From an uncultured delta proteobacterium (GTDB taxonomy: Bacteria > Desulfobacterota > Desulfobacteria > Desulfobacterales > QNYZ01), in contig CAWJQU010000001.1 in assembly GCA_963845145.1 (NCBI GenBank), positions 1 through 64,000 of the forward strand: a stretch of DNA of 64,000 nt. The letters run 5' to 3'. The notes under the pieces were generated by a model, which saw only the letters and a program-made list of their open reading frames with translations, ran no database searches and had not been told where the DNA came from. Shown piece after piece: positions 19,927 through 29,697 of this stretch. Numbering within the stretch: position 1 is the stretch's first letter; each line of letters begins with the position of its first letter. Made by a program: the position numbers and the translations under genes.

Positions 19927-20709
19927 ATGTCAAAATTTAATGTACCGGAGAACTTTAAGGATTGGGCTTGCTCACTGTCTGGGTGCGATGGTGGAAATTT
20001 AAAGGCCGACACATGGTTATGTGGGATCGAATGGGGCGGCGGAAGCGCGGAAAAAGGGAAAATATTATAAAGAGGAACTGCCTAATGGAATAAAAAAAGG
20101 GAATATTGAGACAATAAATCAAGCTTATAATTGGAAGGCTATAGTTATTCTTCTCGCTATGCTATTAGCTTTGCTAAGCTTTATGCTCGCAATTAAGGGT
20201 AAAAAGGTTGAAGATTATAAAGAATTTGTTATGGGAGAATGGGATGGATCCGAAATTTTCAAGATGAACCTATACCCCATAGCTTTTGATTCTACGGATG
20301 AGAATCTATGGCATCAATACGGACTGAATAAGATCACAGGTTTCGACAGAAAAACACATTTTCCAAACCTGGTGCTTTGTGAATAGGTTCCCTTATTTCT
20401 CGGATCTCAGGAAAAAATATAAACCGAAACTGATAATCGGAACCGGGATCGGTTATCTTCGCGATTTTTTTTATTTGTTTTGGGGGTAACAAACAAACAA
20501 AGGACAAAATAAAATATGATGAAATTGAACCCGCCCCCGATGCCAAAATAAAAAACAGACGACGGTGTTATTGGGTTAAACTTGATGAAAAATCGATTCT
20601 AGTTGTAATACCATTTTTCTCAGGCTCCTACGGATTGAATAGCAACTACCTTCTACAAAAAATGGGGAATAAAATCAGAGAAATTGTTCCTTCTTTGCCT
20701 AAACGATAG
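19927..20709 (+). pseudogene. Conserved hypothetical protein (SGCDGGN...WLCGIEWGG family), multiply frameshifted
   Basis: Pieces in three frames: SLSGCDGGNLKADTWLCGIEWGG, IFKMNLYPIAF, KPKLIIGTG and VIPFFSGSYGLNS. Confidence 0.6.
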
Positions 20710-21261
20710 GTTTATACAATTTTTTCTTGAGTTTATTAGATTATTGGGATTGTTCACCTATTTTCTCAACGTATGAAAGAGAGATGTTCATTATGTTATT
20801 TGTAAAATGACAGTTTTGGTATACCCATCCGTTTTTTAACATCAAGGCGTTTTACATATTCTCCCATATTCGGATTTTTTCTTTTGGATAAAATTTCCCC
20901 ATTCTGTTTGATGATTAGCTTGGGCCCCATTCATGATTCGGATCTGGTATAAAGACCATGCTTTGAGTGGTTTTATGCGAAGATGCCCCATGAAAGTGCA
21001 AAAATTTTAAAAGCCATCCCTCATCAATTTTACTTACAAAGGTTTTGATCCCTCGGTGCTCATCGGTTTTCGTTTTACTACTGGCAGCTTCCAGCCGTGG
21101 TCCAAAATTTTTCTGTCATTTTTTCTGCCTCACTTTTTAATTTGTATTTTCGTTTTAAATTATAGCTGATAGTATAATATTAAAGACGATTGTTCAATCG
21201 AGCTTTGTCTTTGCCCTAACACAGTTTAATCTTACTTAGATTATCCCTAAAAATTGAGCTA

Positions 21262-22651
21262 TTAGAAATGTTCAGGCGGATGCGGAGATTGTGAGGCTTC
21301 CTCAAAACGTGTAAAGGCATGTAAAAAGGTCAATGGTACTCTACCAACTGGTCCATTCCGCTGTTTGGCCACAATCAGTTCGGAAAGACCTTTGTTGTCA
21401 TCCCTATCGGGATGATAGACTTCGTCTCGATATATAAAAACGACCACGTCGGCGTCCTGTTCAGAGGGCACCGGATTCCCTCAGATCGGATAACTGGGGC
21501 GCTTGTCCTGTCGTTCTTCCAAGTTTTCAGGTTCAACTGGGATAGGGCCAGGACCGGCACGTCTAACTCTTTGGCCAGAGGTTTTTAGTGACCGGGATAT
21601 CTCTGATATTTCTAAATCCCGGCGTTCAGCTTTGGCTCGGGTACGCATTAATTGCAGATAGTCGATGATAACCAAGCCGAGATCCTTATCCATTTTTAAA
21701 CGTCTTACATTTAGCCCTTATCTCCATGTTTGAAATGTCCGGAGAGTCGTCAATGAAAAGAGGAGCCGAGGACAGCCTTTTATCACCGCTCTAATGAGAT
21801 CTTTGCCAATCGTTTTTGCTGGAAAAGCCAGTACGCAATTTAAATGCATCCACGCGAGCTTCGGCACATAGCATTCGCATGGAAAGTTGCTCACGGGCCA
21901 TCTCAAGTGAAAAAAATGCAACAGGAATCCCAGCGTCAACGGCAGCATTGCGTGCTGATATTCGGCGTTAGTGCGGTTTTCCCCATACTCCGGCACGGCG
22001 GCCAGAATTATTAAGTCCGAGGGTTGTAACCCGGAGGTGATGCTCTGTCACTTTTGGAAAACCCGGTAGGTACACCGGTGAGCAGTGATTTGTTCATGTT
22101 GTTTTTCAAAGTATCGAAATTAGAAGATATAATTTTACCGATTTGATAAAAAGCCGGTTGGGTCCGGTCCTCGGCAATTTTGAAAATAGCGGTTTCCGCA
22201 AAAGCAACAATATCATCAACTGGAGTCGGTTGTTCATAACAACGCTTGATAATATCATTGGTGCTTTTGATAAGTTTTCGTAACCGTGACTTGTGATGAA
22301 CAATTTCGGCATAATGGCGAACATTGGGAGCTGCTGGAATTGTCTCGATAATTGATGCAAGGTAGGTGGCTCCACCCATCTCTTCAAGTCGACCCAAATT
22401 TCTCAAAGAATTGGTAACGGTTACCAGATCGATAGGCTCATTTCTGGAAAATAGGTCTCAATCACCTCGAATATTATCTGATGAGCTTGCAATAAAAAAT
22501 CATCATGAGAGAGAATCTCGATAATTTCGAGAAAACTATCACTGTCCAAAAGGATAGCACTGATCAGAGATTCTTCCGCTTCCAGACTTTGGGGCGGAAG
22601 ATGATGGAGGATTGGAGCTTTTGGTTTATTCGGTATTCTTTTGTTCGGCAT
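21262..22651 (-). pseudogene. dnaB: Replicative DNA helicase DnaB homologue with many frameshifts (decay or sequencing error)
   Basis: Fragments [62 protein letters not shown] and [11 protein letters not shown]. Confidence 0.88.
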
Positions 22652-22711
22652 TTTTCGTCTCCTTGAAATAAATCACGTAAAAAACTATTCTGGAGACGAT
22701 TTTAGAATAAA

Positions 22712-22732
22712 TGTGTGGCATTTTTGGCCACA
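22712..22732. promoter_or_regulatory. Perfect inverted repeat GTGTGGC-N7-GCCACAC; candidate operator of the WYL regulator
   Basis: Lies in the 117-bp gap between the divergent dnaB and WYL genes. Confidence 0.6.
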
Positions 22733-22768
22733 CGCTTCCTTTTTTTTATTTATTTGGAAAGGGGCAAA

Positions 22769-23770
22769 ATGCGTGGACAAAATTTGGCAAAATTGTTTAG
22801 GGCTATCGACTTGTTCAGAGACAAGGGATTAACGATTCGCGAAATCCGGAATGAATTGGGGATTGATCGTCAGGATCTGTGTATCGTCTGAGAGATATCA
22901 TGGAACAGCTTGGATTTCCTTTCTACGATGAACAGCGCCCTTTTGAGAAAAGAAAAACGCTGGCGTTTTGAAGAGCGCTATCTGACCAAACTGTCCAATA
23001 TCTCTTTGCCTACATTTACATTGAACCTGCAAGAAATTATCGCCCTTTACCTGATAAAAAGCGAAGCGGCCATTTACCGCGGAACGGAAATTGAAAAAAC
23101 CCTAAATGTCATTTTCAACCGAATCGGTACATTCGTGCCGCCTGATCTGGATAAAAAACTATCACGGATCAAGACACTCTTCATATCCTCAGACAAACTG
23201 TCTAAGGAATACTCCGGAAAAGAGGAATTCATCGACCAGTTGGCCGACGCCATCATCGGCCAGCAGACCTGCCACCTCATCTACGAATCCTTTTCCAAGG
23301 GAAAAGACGTCAATTTTACCATTGATCCACTTCATTTTTTGGTAAGCAGGGAGGACTGTATCTTTTTGTTCGAGCATCCCGATTCGATGAAATACGAATC
23401 CTGGCCGTGGAAAGGATAAAATCACTTTTAGCCAAACGGATAGATTCTTCACATACCCAAAAGATTTTGATCCCGAAGATAAGCTCGACCTGGCTTTTGG
23501 CATTGTCTACGATGATCCTATAGAGGCCAAAATTTGGATATCGGTGGAGCAGGCGCCATATGTCAAGGAAAGGCGGTTGGGTCACGATTATATAATCACC
23601 GATCAGGATGACGGCTCGATTATAATCCATATCAAGACTTCCGGCTGGTTTGATTTGAAAAAATGGGTTCTTTCTTTTGGCAAGGATGCCGAAGTTCTGG
23701 AGCCAGAAGACTTAGAAGAAAGAAGATCACCGATGAGATTAACGAACTAAGGGATCATTACCGGAGATAA
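22769..23770 (+). pseudogene. HTH-WYL-WCX transcriptional regulator (YafY/PafC/BrxR-like), frameshifted
   Basis: [53 protein letters not shown] and [17 protein letters not shown] (WCX), in successive frames. Confidence 0.85.
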
Positions 23771-24301
23771 CATGTGGAACTAAATATTTTGTAAATAAAA
23801 CAGGACTGGCCGGCGTGGTGATATCCTCTTTTGAGCAGGTCATCTTACACTGATGATATATCATGATCATTTTTTTATTCTGATGGACGTAGAAAATTCT
23901 GAATGTCTCCAACTCATCCCCACCAAGCCATTTTTCGATTAGAATGAAAAACGAGGAAACAGTGACCTTATGATATCATTAAAATAGGCAGAGCCCGGAG
24001 ACCCTGCCCATTTTAATTTGATTTTAGGAAACATTAAGCCCTCACGCGTGGAGGTGTTTCCTTGATGCGGTTTTTCAAGCCTCACGCATGAGGGTGATGC
24101 TTAAGTGATGCGCAACTTGATCATGGGGCTGTCAACCTGGTTGACTCGTTTTTCTCAATGCCTCTGTTTCATCCCAAAAGTGATACAAACATTTATAAAC
24201 CTCTTCGGCCATATCCTTAATCCCATCTGCAAATATAACTGGATTAAACCGCTCGTCGTCTCCCTGATTAATCACTTTGGCATACTCTAAGAGAGGTGGG
24301 C

Positions 24302-24720
24302 ATGCACCTCAAACAGATGTCTCTATTTAACGCGCCCACCATCAATATTTCCCGAACATAAAAATAGGTCATGAACGAGGAGGAACTCTTAGTGGTTTAT
24401 TTGCGTCTGGTCATAGTCGTGATCGAAAATCTCCCGGCCCTGGAATTTATCCGGCGATACGACAATGATAAGACCCTTTTTTATTGTGACCCACCATATC
24501 ACAAGTGCCCCTATTACAAACACAATATGACCCTGGGGGATTACAACGACCTGGCCAGACAGCTAAAGAATATGAAAGGTAAGTTCATTTTGAGCATCAA
24601 CGACCACCCCGACATGTAAGACACATTCGGGCGTTCAATATCAAACCGGCAACCGTAAAATGCACAACAGGAGTAGGTCCGTCGACCAAGGGGAAGGAAC
24701 TGATCGTCACCAATTATTAG
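24302..24720 (+). pseudogene. Phage-derived module copy 1: 5' end of a cII-like gene fused by deletion to the 3' half of a Dam-family DNA adenine methylase
   Basis: MHLKQMSLFNAPTINISR joins EEL...VIENLPALEFIRRYD...LFYCDPPY...GKFILSINDHP*...GKELIVTNY*. Confidence 0.75.
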
Positions 24721-24924
24721 CCCATAAAACCAGAAAAATAGAGCCTGTCGAGACCGCTTCTTGGCCTGCGGACGGATAGTGGAAAAACGGAAAAGTACAC
24801 TAAATGGGGCGAAATAATTTTCGGTCTGCAACTGTGTGAGGTATATTACCCTTTTTAAACAAAAGGTTACGGATAATATTTTCAGTTTACCAGCCGCTGG
24901 AACAAAAGCGAGCCGACTAGATAA
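24618..24924 (+). repeat. About 307-bp repeat copy 1 (dam 3' end, non-coding end, attI-like site)
   Basis: Aligns along its length with 47572-47878; both end ggaacaaaagcgagccgactagataa. Confidence 0.9.
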
Positions 24925-24940
24925 TCTTAAGGAACTACCG

Positions 24941-25925
24941 ATGACCATTAATATGAACAGTGCCAATTTCAATTTGAGGAAAATATCCAGACGCAAATTT
25001 CTCAAATTAACCAGCATTACCGGTGCTGGTCTGTTGGTTGGGTACGATTCAGCCCGAGCGGGTGACGATAAGTTGGCGCTGATCAATGGTGTACTGATCG
25101 ATGGCACAGGCACCAATGCAGTGCTGGACGGAGCGGTAGTGATTTCGGGCAAACGTATCATTGCTTCAGGACCTCGTGCGCAAATACAGATACCAGCTAT
25201 TGGGGGGTGACAACGCAGTCACCGTCACCTCCCCCGAGGAAGCGCGTCAGGCAGTGAATGCGTTAATTGATGCTGGTGCGGACGTAATAAAGACCGCAAT
25301 GGAGTCAGGCCGATATTTCAGACAGGCAGGGTGGCCGTTACTCTCGCCCAGAGAAGCGTCGGCGCTTGTTGAAGCTGCGCACGAGAGAGGTAAGCTTGTT
25401 ACGGTCCACGTGACAGATGCGCAAGATCTAGAGCGGGCACTGGACGCCGGTGTGGACGAGATCGCCCACATGGTTGTTGGCAAGAGCGTTCTTTCCGAAA
25501 AACTGATAGAACGGATGGTCAATGCGGGCACCCGCTGGATACCTACGATCGAGCTTTGGCAAGGCGCGACCCAATGGTCCACCATTGACTATGGAAATTC
25601 GGCTATCCATAATTTGTCCCTATTCGTGAAAGCCGGAGGTGAGGTGTCGCTGGGCACAGATTTTGCGGGAGCGCCCTTCATTGATTTTGATTTGGGGATG
25701 CCAATTAAAGAGATTAAATTCATGCAGAAAGCGGGGATGACCCCCATGCAAATTATTGTTGCCGCAACCAGGAATAGTGCACGCTCATGCGATAGGGAAA
25801 GTGATCTGGGAACACTCGAACCAGGTAAAATGGCTGATGTGCTTGTCGTGATTGGGAATCCCCTGGACGATATTCATTCTCTAACCAACGTACGCATTGT
25901 TCTGCGCGAGGGTAAAGTGGTATAG
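24941..25925 (+). pseudogene. Tat-exported amidohydrolase with internal deletion/frameshift
   Basis: SRRKFLK Tat motif and LALINGVLIDGTG, then a direct jump to VTSPEEAR...LGTDF...LGTLEPGKMADVLVV. The N-terminal HxH metal-binding segment is missing. Confidence 0.8.
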
Positions 25926-26074
25926 AAAAATCATAGATTCGCCCTATTTCAACACAATAGGTTGTCAATTTCAGCCTTTCAATCGCAGACAAAATTATCC
26001 TAATTATTGCAGCTCATACAGTCGAGGAGATAGTCAAATAAATTTCTGAGTTGTTAAATGAATCTATTCAATAA

Positions 26075-26145
26075 GGTATAAATTGCTACACCGGAAATTA
26101 ATTGTCGCTATGCTCCTTATTATTCCGGTGAGCATGGTGTTCTGT
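26075..26145 (+). other. attC-like site (degenerate)
   Basis: Arms tgct(a)caccggaa / ttccggtgagca with an extrahelical base; core GTTCTGT at 26139. Confidence 0.65.
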
Positions 26146-26189
26146 GTGTAAATGAATAAAAGAATGTAACCAAATATGGGATTATTATT

Positions 26190-26819
26190 ATGACTTTCAA
26201 TTTGATAATGCTTTTTTCTGTGACTGTATTTGTTGCCTCAATTCTACCTGGCCCCAGCATGCTCTTGGCCTTAACACATGGCATGCGTTACGGAGCTAAA
26301 AGAACCTTAGCGTCTGCTATGGGAAATGTAACTGTAACATTAATTCAAGCACTTATTTCAATTGCAGGCTTAGGAACCATATTATTTACTTCTGAGATTA
26401 TCTTCCAACTCATTAAATGGGCAGGGGCAGTATATCTAATCTATATGGGGATAAGTATTATATATTCATCTAAAATGTCATTATCGTCCTCCGAGTCAAA
26501 TCAATCCCCCAAATTGAATTCTTTAAGAAAAATGTACATACAAGCCGCCTTTGTTACTGCAGGAAACCCTAAAGCTATTATTTTTTTTACCGCAGTCTTC
26601 CCGCAATTTATAAACCCTAATGCACCCAATTTATCACAATTCTTTATACTTGTGAGCACTTGCGTTTTAAGTGCATTTTGCTGCTTTATGATTTACGCAA
26701 TGGGCGGTCAAAATATTGCCTCCTTATTTTCCAAAGTCACTGTTATGAAATACATCCAAAGAATTATTGGAGGCACATTTATTGGAGCGGGTATTGGTCT
26801 TGCTGCGAGTAACAAATAA
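26190..26819 (+). CDS. LysE/RhtB family translocator (gene cassette)
   Basis: LPGPSMLLAL, IKWAGAVYLIYMG and NPKAIIFF motifs; flanked by attC sites. Confidence 0.92.
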   Translation: MTFNLIMLFSVTVFVASILPGPSMLLALTHGMRYGAKRTLASAMGNVTVTLIQALISIAGLGTILFTSEIIFQLIKWAGAVYLIYMGISIIYSSKMSLSSSESNQSPKLNSLRKMYIQAAFVTAGNPKAIIFFTAVFPQFINPNAPNLSQFFILVSTCVLSAFCCFMIYAMGGQNIASLFSKVTVMKYIQRIIGGTFIGAGIGLAASNK

Positions 26820-26830
26820 AACTTGGAAGC

Positions 26831-26889
26831 ACATAACAAAACAAATACAGCCGAAAGCTTATCGCATCGGCTGATTTGCGATGTTCGGC
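26831..26889 (+). other. attC site
   Basis: ACATAAC...caaat(a)cagccga / tcggctgatttg...GTTCGGC. Confidence 0.8.
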
Positions 26890-26934
26890 GAACAAATTGT
26901 CCTATGAAATACAATAGGTTGTATCTATAAAAAA

Positions 26935-27579
26935 ATGAATAAAGACTCGAACTTTTCGGAGTTGGTAAAGTTTTCCAGTTGGTTAGATGATTTCACTGGA
27001 ACCCTAAAGGGGAAAAATAGTGGATGTGTTCCATGTGGGGATTGCGTGGGGTGCTGTACATCAGCTTATTTTATTCACATAAAACCAACAGACAAAAATA
27101 GTATTAAACATATTCCAAAAGAATTGATGTTCCCTGCACCTGGATTACCGAAAGGGAATTACCTATTAGGATATGATCGAAATGGGCATTGTCCAATGTT
27201 TAAAAAAGGGCGATGCTCAATATATGAGTATCGTCCTGAGACATGCCGTCAATATGATTGCAGGGTCTATCCGGCAACAGGAATATTCCCTGATGACAAG
27301 AAATCACAGATCTATGAGAAGGCAAAAGGTTGGAAGTTCAATATATCTTCATCAAATGATATAAAGACATTCGAAGCCATTCAAAAGGCATCAAAGTTCA
27401 TAAAAAAGTATAGCAGGTTGTTTCCCAAAACGTTTTTTCCCAGTAATGCTCCTCAGCAGGCAGTTCTTGCTATACGGATTCATTTAGAGTTTATGAAGGT
27501 TGATATTGATGAAATTGAAAAAACGGCTCAAGCATTGGTAGATTTAATCGTTTTGAAATATGGGAAACATGGTTCTTGA
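26935..27579 (+). CDS. YkgJ family cysteine-cluster protein (gene cassette)
   Basis: CGDCVGCC...CPMF..GRCSIYEYRPETCRQYDC. Confidence 0.88.
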   Translation: MNKDSNFSELVKFSSWLDDFTGTLKGKNSGCVPCGDCVGCCTSAYFIHIKPTDKNSIKHIPKELMFPAPGLPKGNYLLGYDRNGHCPMFKKGRCSIYEYRPETCRQYDCRVYPATGIFPDDKKSQIYEKAKGWKFNISSSNDIKTFEAIQKASKFIKKYSRLFPKTFFPSNAPQQAVLAIRIHLEFMKVDIDEIEKTAQALVDLIVLKYGKHGS

Positions 27580-27892
27580 TGGTGAGTCCTGATTTCTGGC
27601 AGGATATTTTAGTGAGGTAAAGGCACAATAGTCTCAATTAAATCTGAAGTTGGCAGATATTTGGGCTTCTATGAATTGTATCTGGTATACTTCCAGACTA
27701 AGCAACCAAACAAAAGTCAAATTTTTCCCAAAATCGCGCTATTACCTTACTGAATCAACCGCCCTAAGAAACGCTAATAATTTAAGGTTATCTGATGTCT
27801 AATAAAAGCTCTTCAAAGCTTTGGATCGTCAATGTAATATCCTTTATCCTCTTTATTATTTTATATAGGCTGCCATCAGGGAGAGATAGGCG

Positions 27893-29077
27893 ATGAATGA
27901 CCGCGTAAAACAAAACGATGATCGAAAGATGACCAGTATTTTTGAACGTTATCTTTCCGTCTGGGTTATCCTTTGCATCATCGTCGGTATTATTTTGGGG
28001 AAAATTGCGCCTGGTTTTGCACGTTACCTGGACGGCATGGCAATTTATGTCAACGATGCACCTGTGGTATCGATCCCGATTGCCATCTGTCTGTTTTGCA
28101 TGATGTACCCCATTATGGTGAAAATTGATTTTGCTGAAGTCATAAAGGCCGGCAAGAGTGGCAAACCGGTGTTCCTAACCTTGTTCGTAAACTGGGCCGT
28201 CAAGCCCTTTACAATGTATTTCATCGCCCTTTTTTTTCTCGGCACCCTGTTTTACGGCTTCATTGGCCCCGAAGCTGTGGATCATGTCAAGATGCCCTTT
28301 GGCTTGAACCTACCAGTGGGGGCGACGCACGGAGCAGGCACAGTCGTGCTGGTCGATGGCGCCAAGTTGCTGGAAGTACCGTTATGGCGCAGCTATCTGG
28401 CCGGCTGTATCCTATTGGGTATAGCACCCTGCACGGCAATGGTCCTTGTATGGGGATACCTGTCACGAGGGAACGACGGGTTGACGCTGGTAATGGTTGC
28501 AATCAACTCACTGACAATGCTGATACTTTACGGTGTATTGGGCGGTTTTTTATTGGGTGTGGGACGGTTGCCAGTGCCCTGGCAAGCCTTGTTGATCTCC
28601 ATCGGTATCTATGTGGCCCTGCCCCTGGTGGCCGGCTACCTGTCGCGTAACTGGGTCATTGCGGCAAAGGGTGAAGACTGGTTCAAACATAAATTTCTTC
28701 ACGTGCTGACACCGATTACGATCATTGCACTTCTGATCACCCTGGTGTTGCTGTTTTCCTTCAAAGGCGAAGTTATCGTTGGTAATCCATTGACTATCGT
28801 GTGGATTGCAGTACCGCTGTTCATCCAGACCATGTTGATATTCTGGCTGGGGTATGGATTGGCACGCTTGCTGAAGCTGCGCTACGAAGATGCTGCCCCT
28901 GCTTCCATGATCGGGGCCTCCAATCATTTTGAGGTAGCCATTGCCACATCCACAATGTTGTTTGGCCTTTCATCAGGGGCGGCGCTGGCCACGGTTATCG
29001 GTGTCCTCATCGAGGTTCCGGTAATGCTGATGCTGGTAAAAATATGTTTGAACACCCGGCATTGGTTTAGAACCTGA
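27893..29077 (+). CDS. acr3: ACR3-family arsenite efflux transporter
   Basis: [44 protein letters not shown] and [10 protein letters not shown] motifs. Confidence 0.95.
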   Translation: MNDRVKQNDDRKMTSIFERYLSVWVILCIIVGIILGKIAPGFARYLDGMAIYVNDAPVVSIPIAICLFCMMYPIMVKIDFAEVIKAGKSGKPVFLTLFVNWAVKPFTMYFIALFFLGTLFYGFIGPEAVDHVKMPFGLNLPVGATHGAGTVVLVDGAKLLEVPLWRSYLAGCILLGIAPCTAMVLVWGYLSRGNDGLTLVMVAINSLTMLILYGVLGGFLLGVGRLPVPWQALLISIGIYVALPLVAGYLSRNWVIAAKGEDWFKHKFLHVLTPITIIALLITLVLLFSFKGEVIVGNPLTIVWIAVPLFIQTMLIFWLGYGLARLLKLRYEDAAPASMIGASNHFEVAIATSTMLFGLSSGAALATVIGVLIEVPVMLMLVKICLNTRHWFRT

Positions 29078-29388
29078 GCGAGACAAATTGACGTCAATAT
29101 ACTGGCATTAAGAATTACCGATCTCCCACAATAGTGTAAATATCAAGGCCGCCAAAAACCACCGATGTTCAAAAATAATCGCAACCGCCCAAATCTTGCA
29201 TCATTAGCCGTTTTTGTGGTACCTTGGGAATGACCACATTCTTTCGGAATTATATGTTATAATTACAAGTATTTATATCCTCTCAACATATCGGTATTCG
29301 GCGAACAATCGGTTTTCTGGCAAAAATGCTCATTAGGAAAAAGCTGAACTCTAAATAAAAAGGCGTTTAACATACCTGGAGGTGAGCT

Positions 29389-29574
29389 ATGAAGAAAAAT
29401 GTAGGATCAACAGACAGGGTAATAAGAATCATGGTCGGTTTGATCATCATATCTATTGGTATTTATTTCAAGAGCTGGTGGGGACTTATTGGCGTACTGC
29501 CGATTGTTACAGCAGCACTAGGGTGGTGCCCAGCTTATTTACCTTTCGGAATAAGTTCATGTAAAACAAAATAA
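29389..29574 (+). CDS. DUF2892 small membrane protein
   Basis: MKKNVGSTDRVIR...GWCPAYLPFGISSC; GGAGG RBS. Confidence 0.88.
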   Translation: MKKNVGSTDRVIRIMVGLIIISIGIYFKSWWGLIGVLPIVTAALGWCPAYLPFGISSCKTK

Positions 29575-29697
29575 GCCCCAAGTATTTTAATTGATATATG
29601 ATTGGATTTAAATTTAACTGCTAAACGTACACTTTATAGCACCATGACTACTATGCAGGTTCAAGATGCAAAAAGTTATTAAATTATATATCGTGCT

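Noticed and set aside
24026..24105. CRISPR array
   Set aside because: Only two imperfect units with a 41-bp period and no cas genes; kept only as a weak repeat-like finding.
24911..24937. Xer/dif site
   Set aside because: Does not fit the 11-6-11 dif layout with a TTATGTTAAA-like XerD arm; better explained as a truncated attI-like site.
24541..25161. 206-aa minus-strand ORF (and 47795..48055) as an intI remnant upstream of attI
   Set aside because: No tyrosine-recombinase motifs; it is antisense to the amidohydrolase and spans the non-coding repeat.
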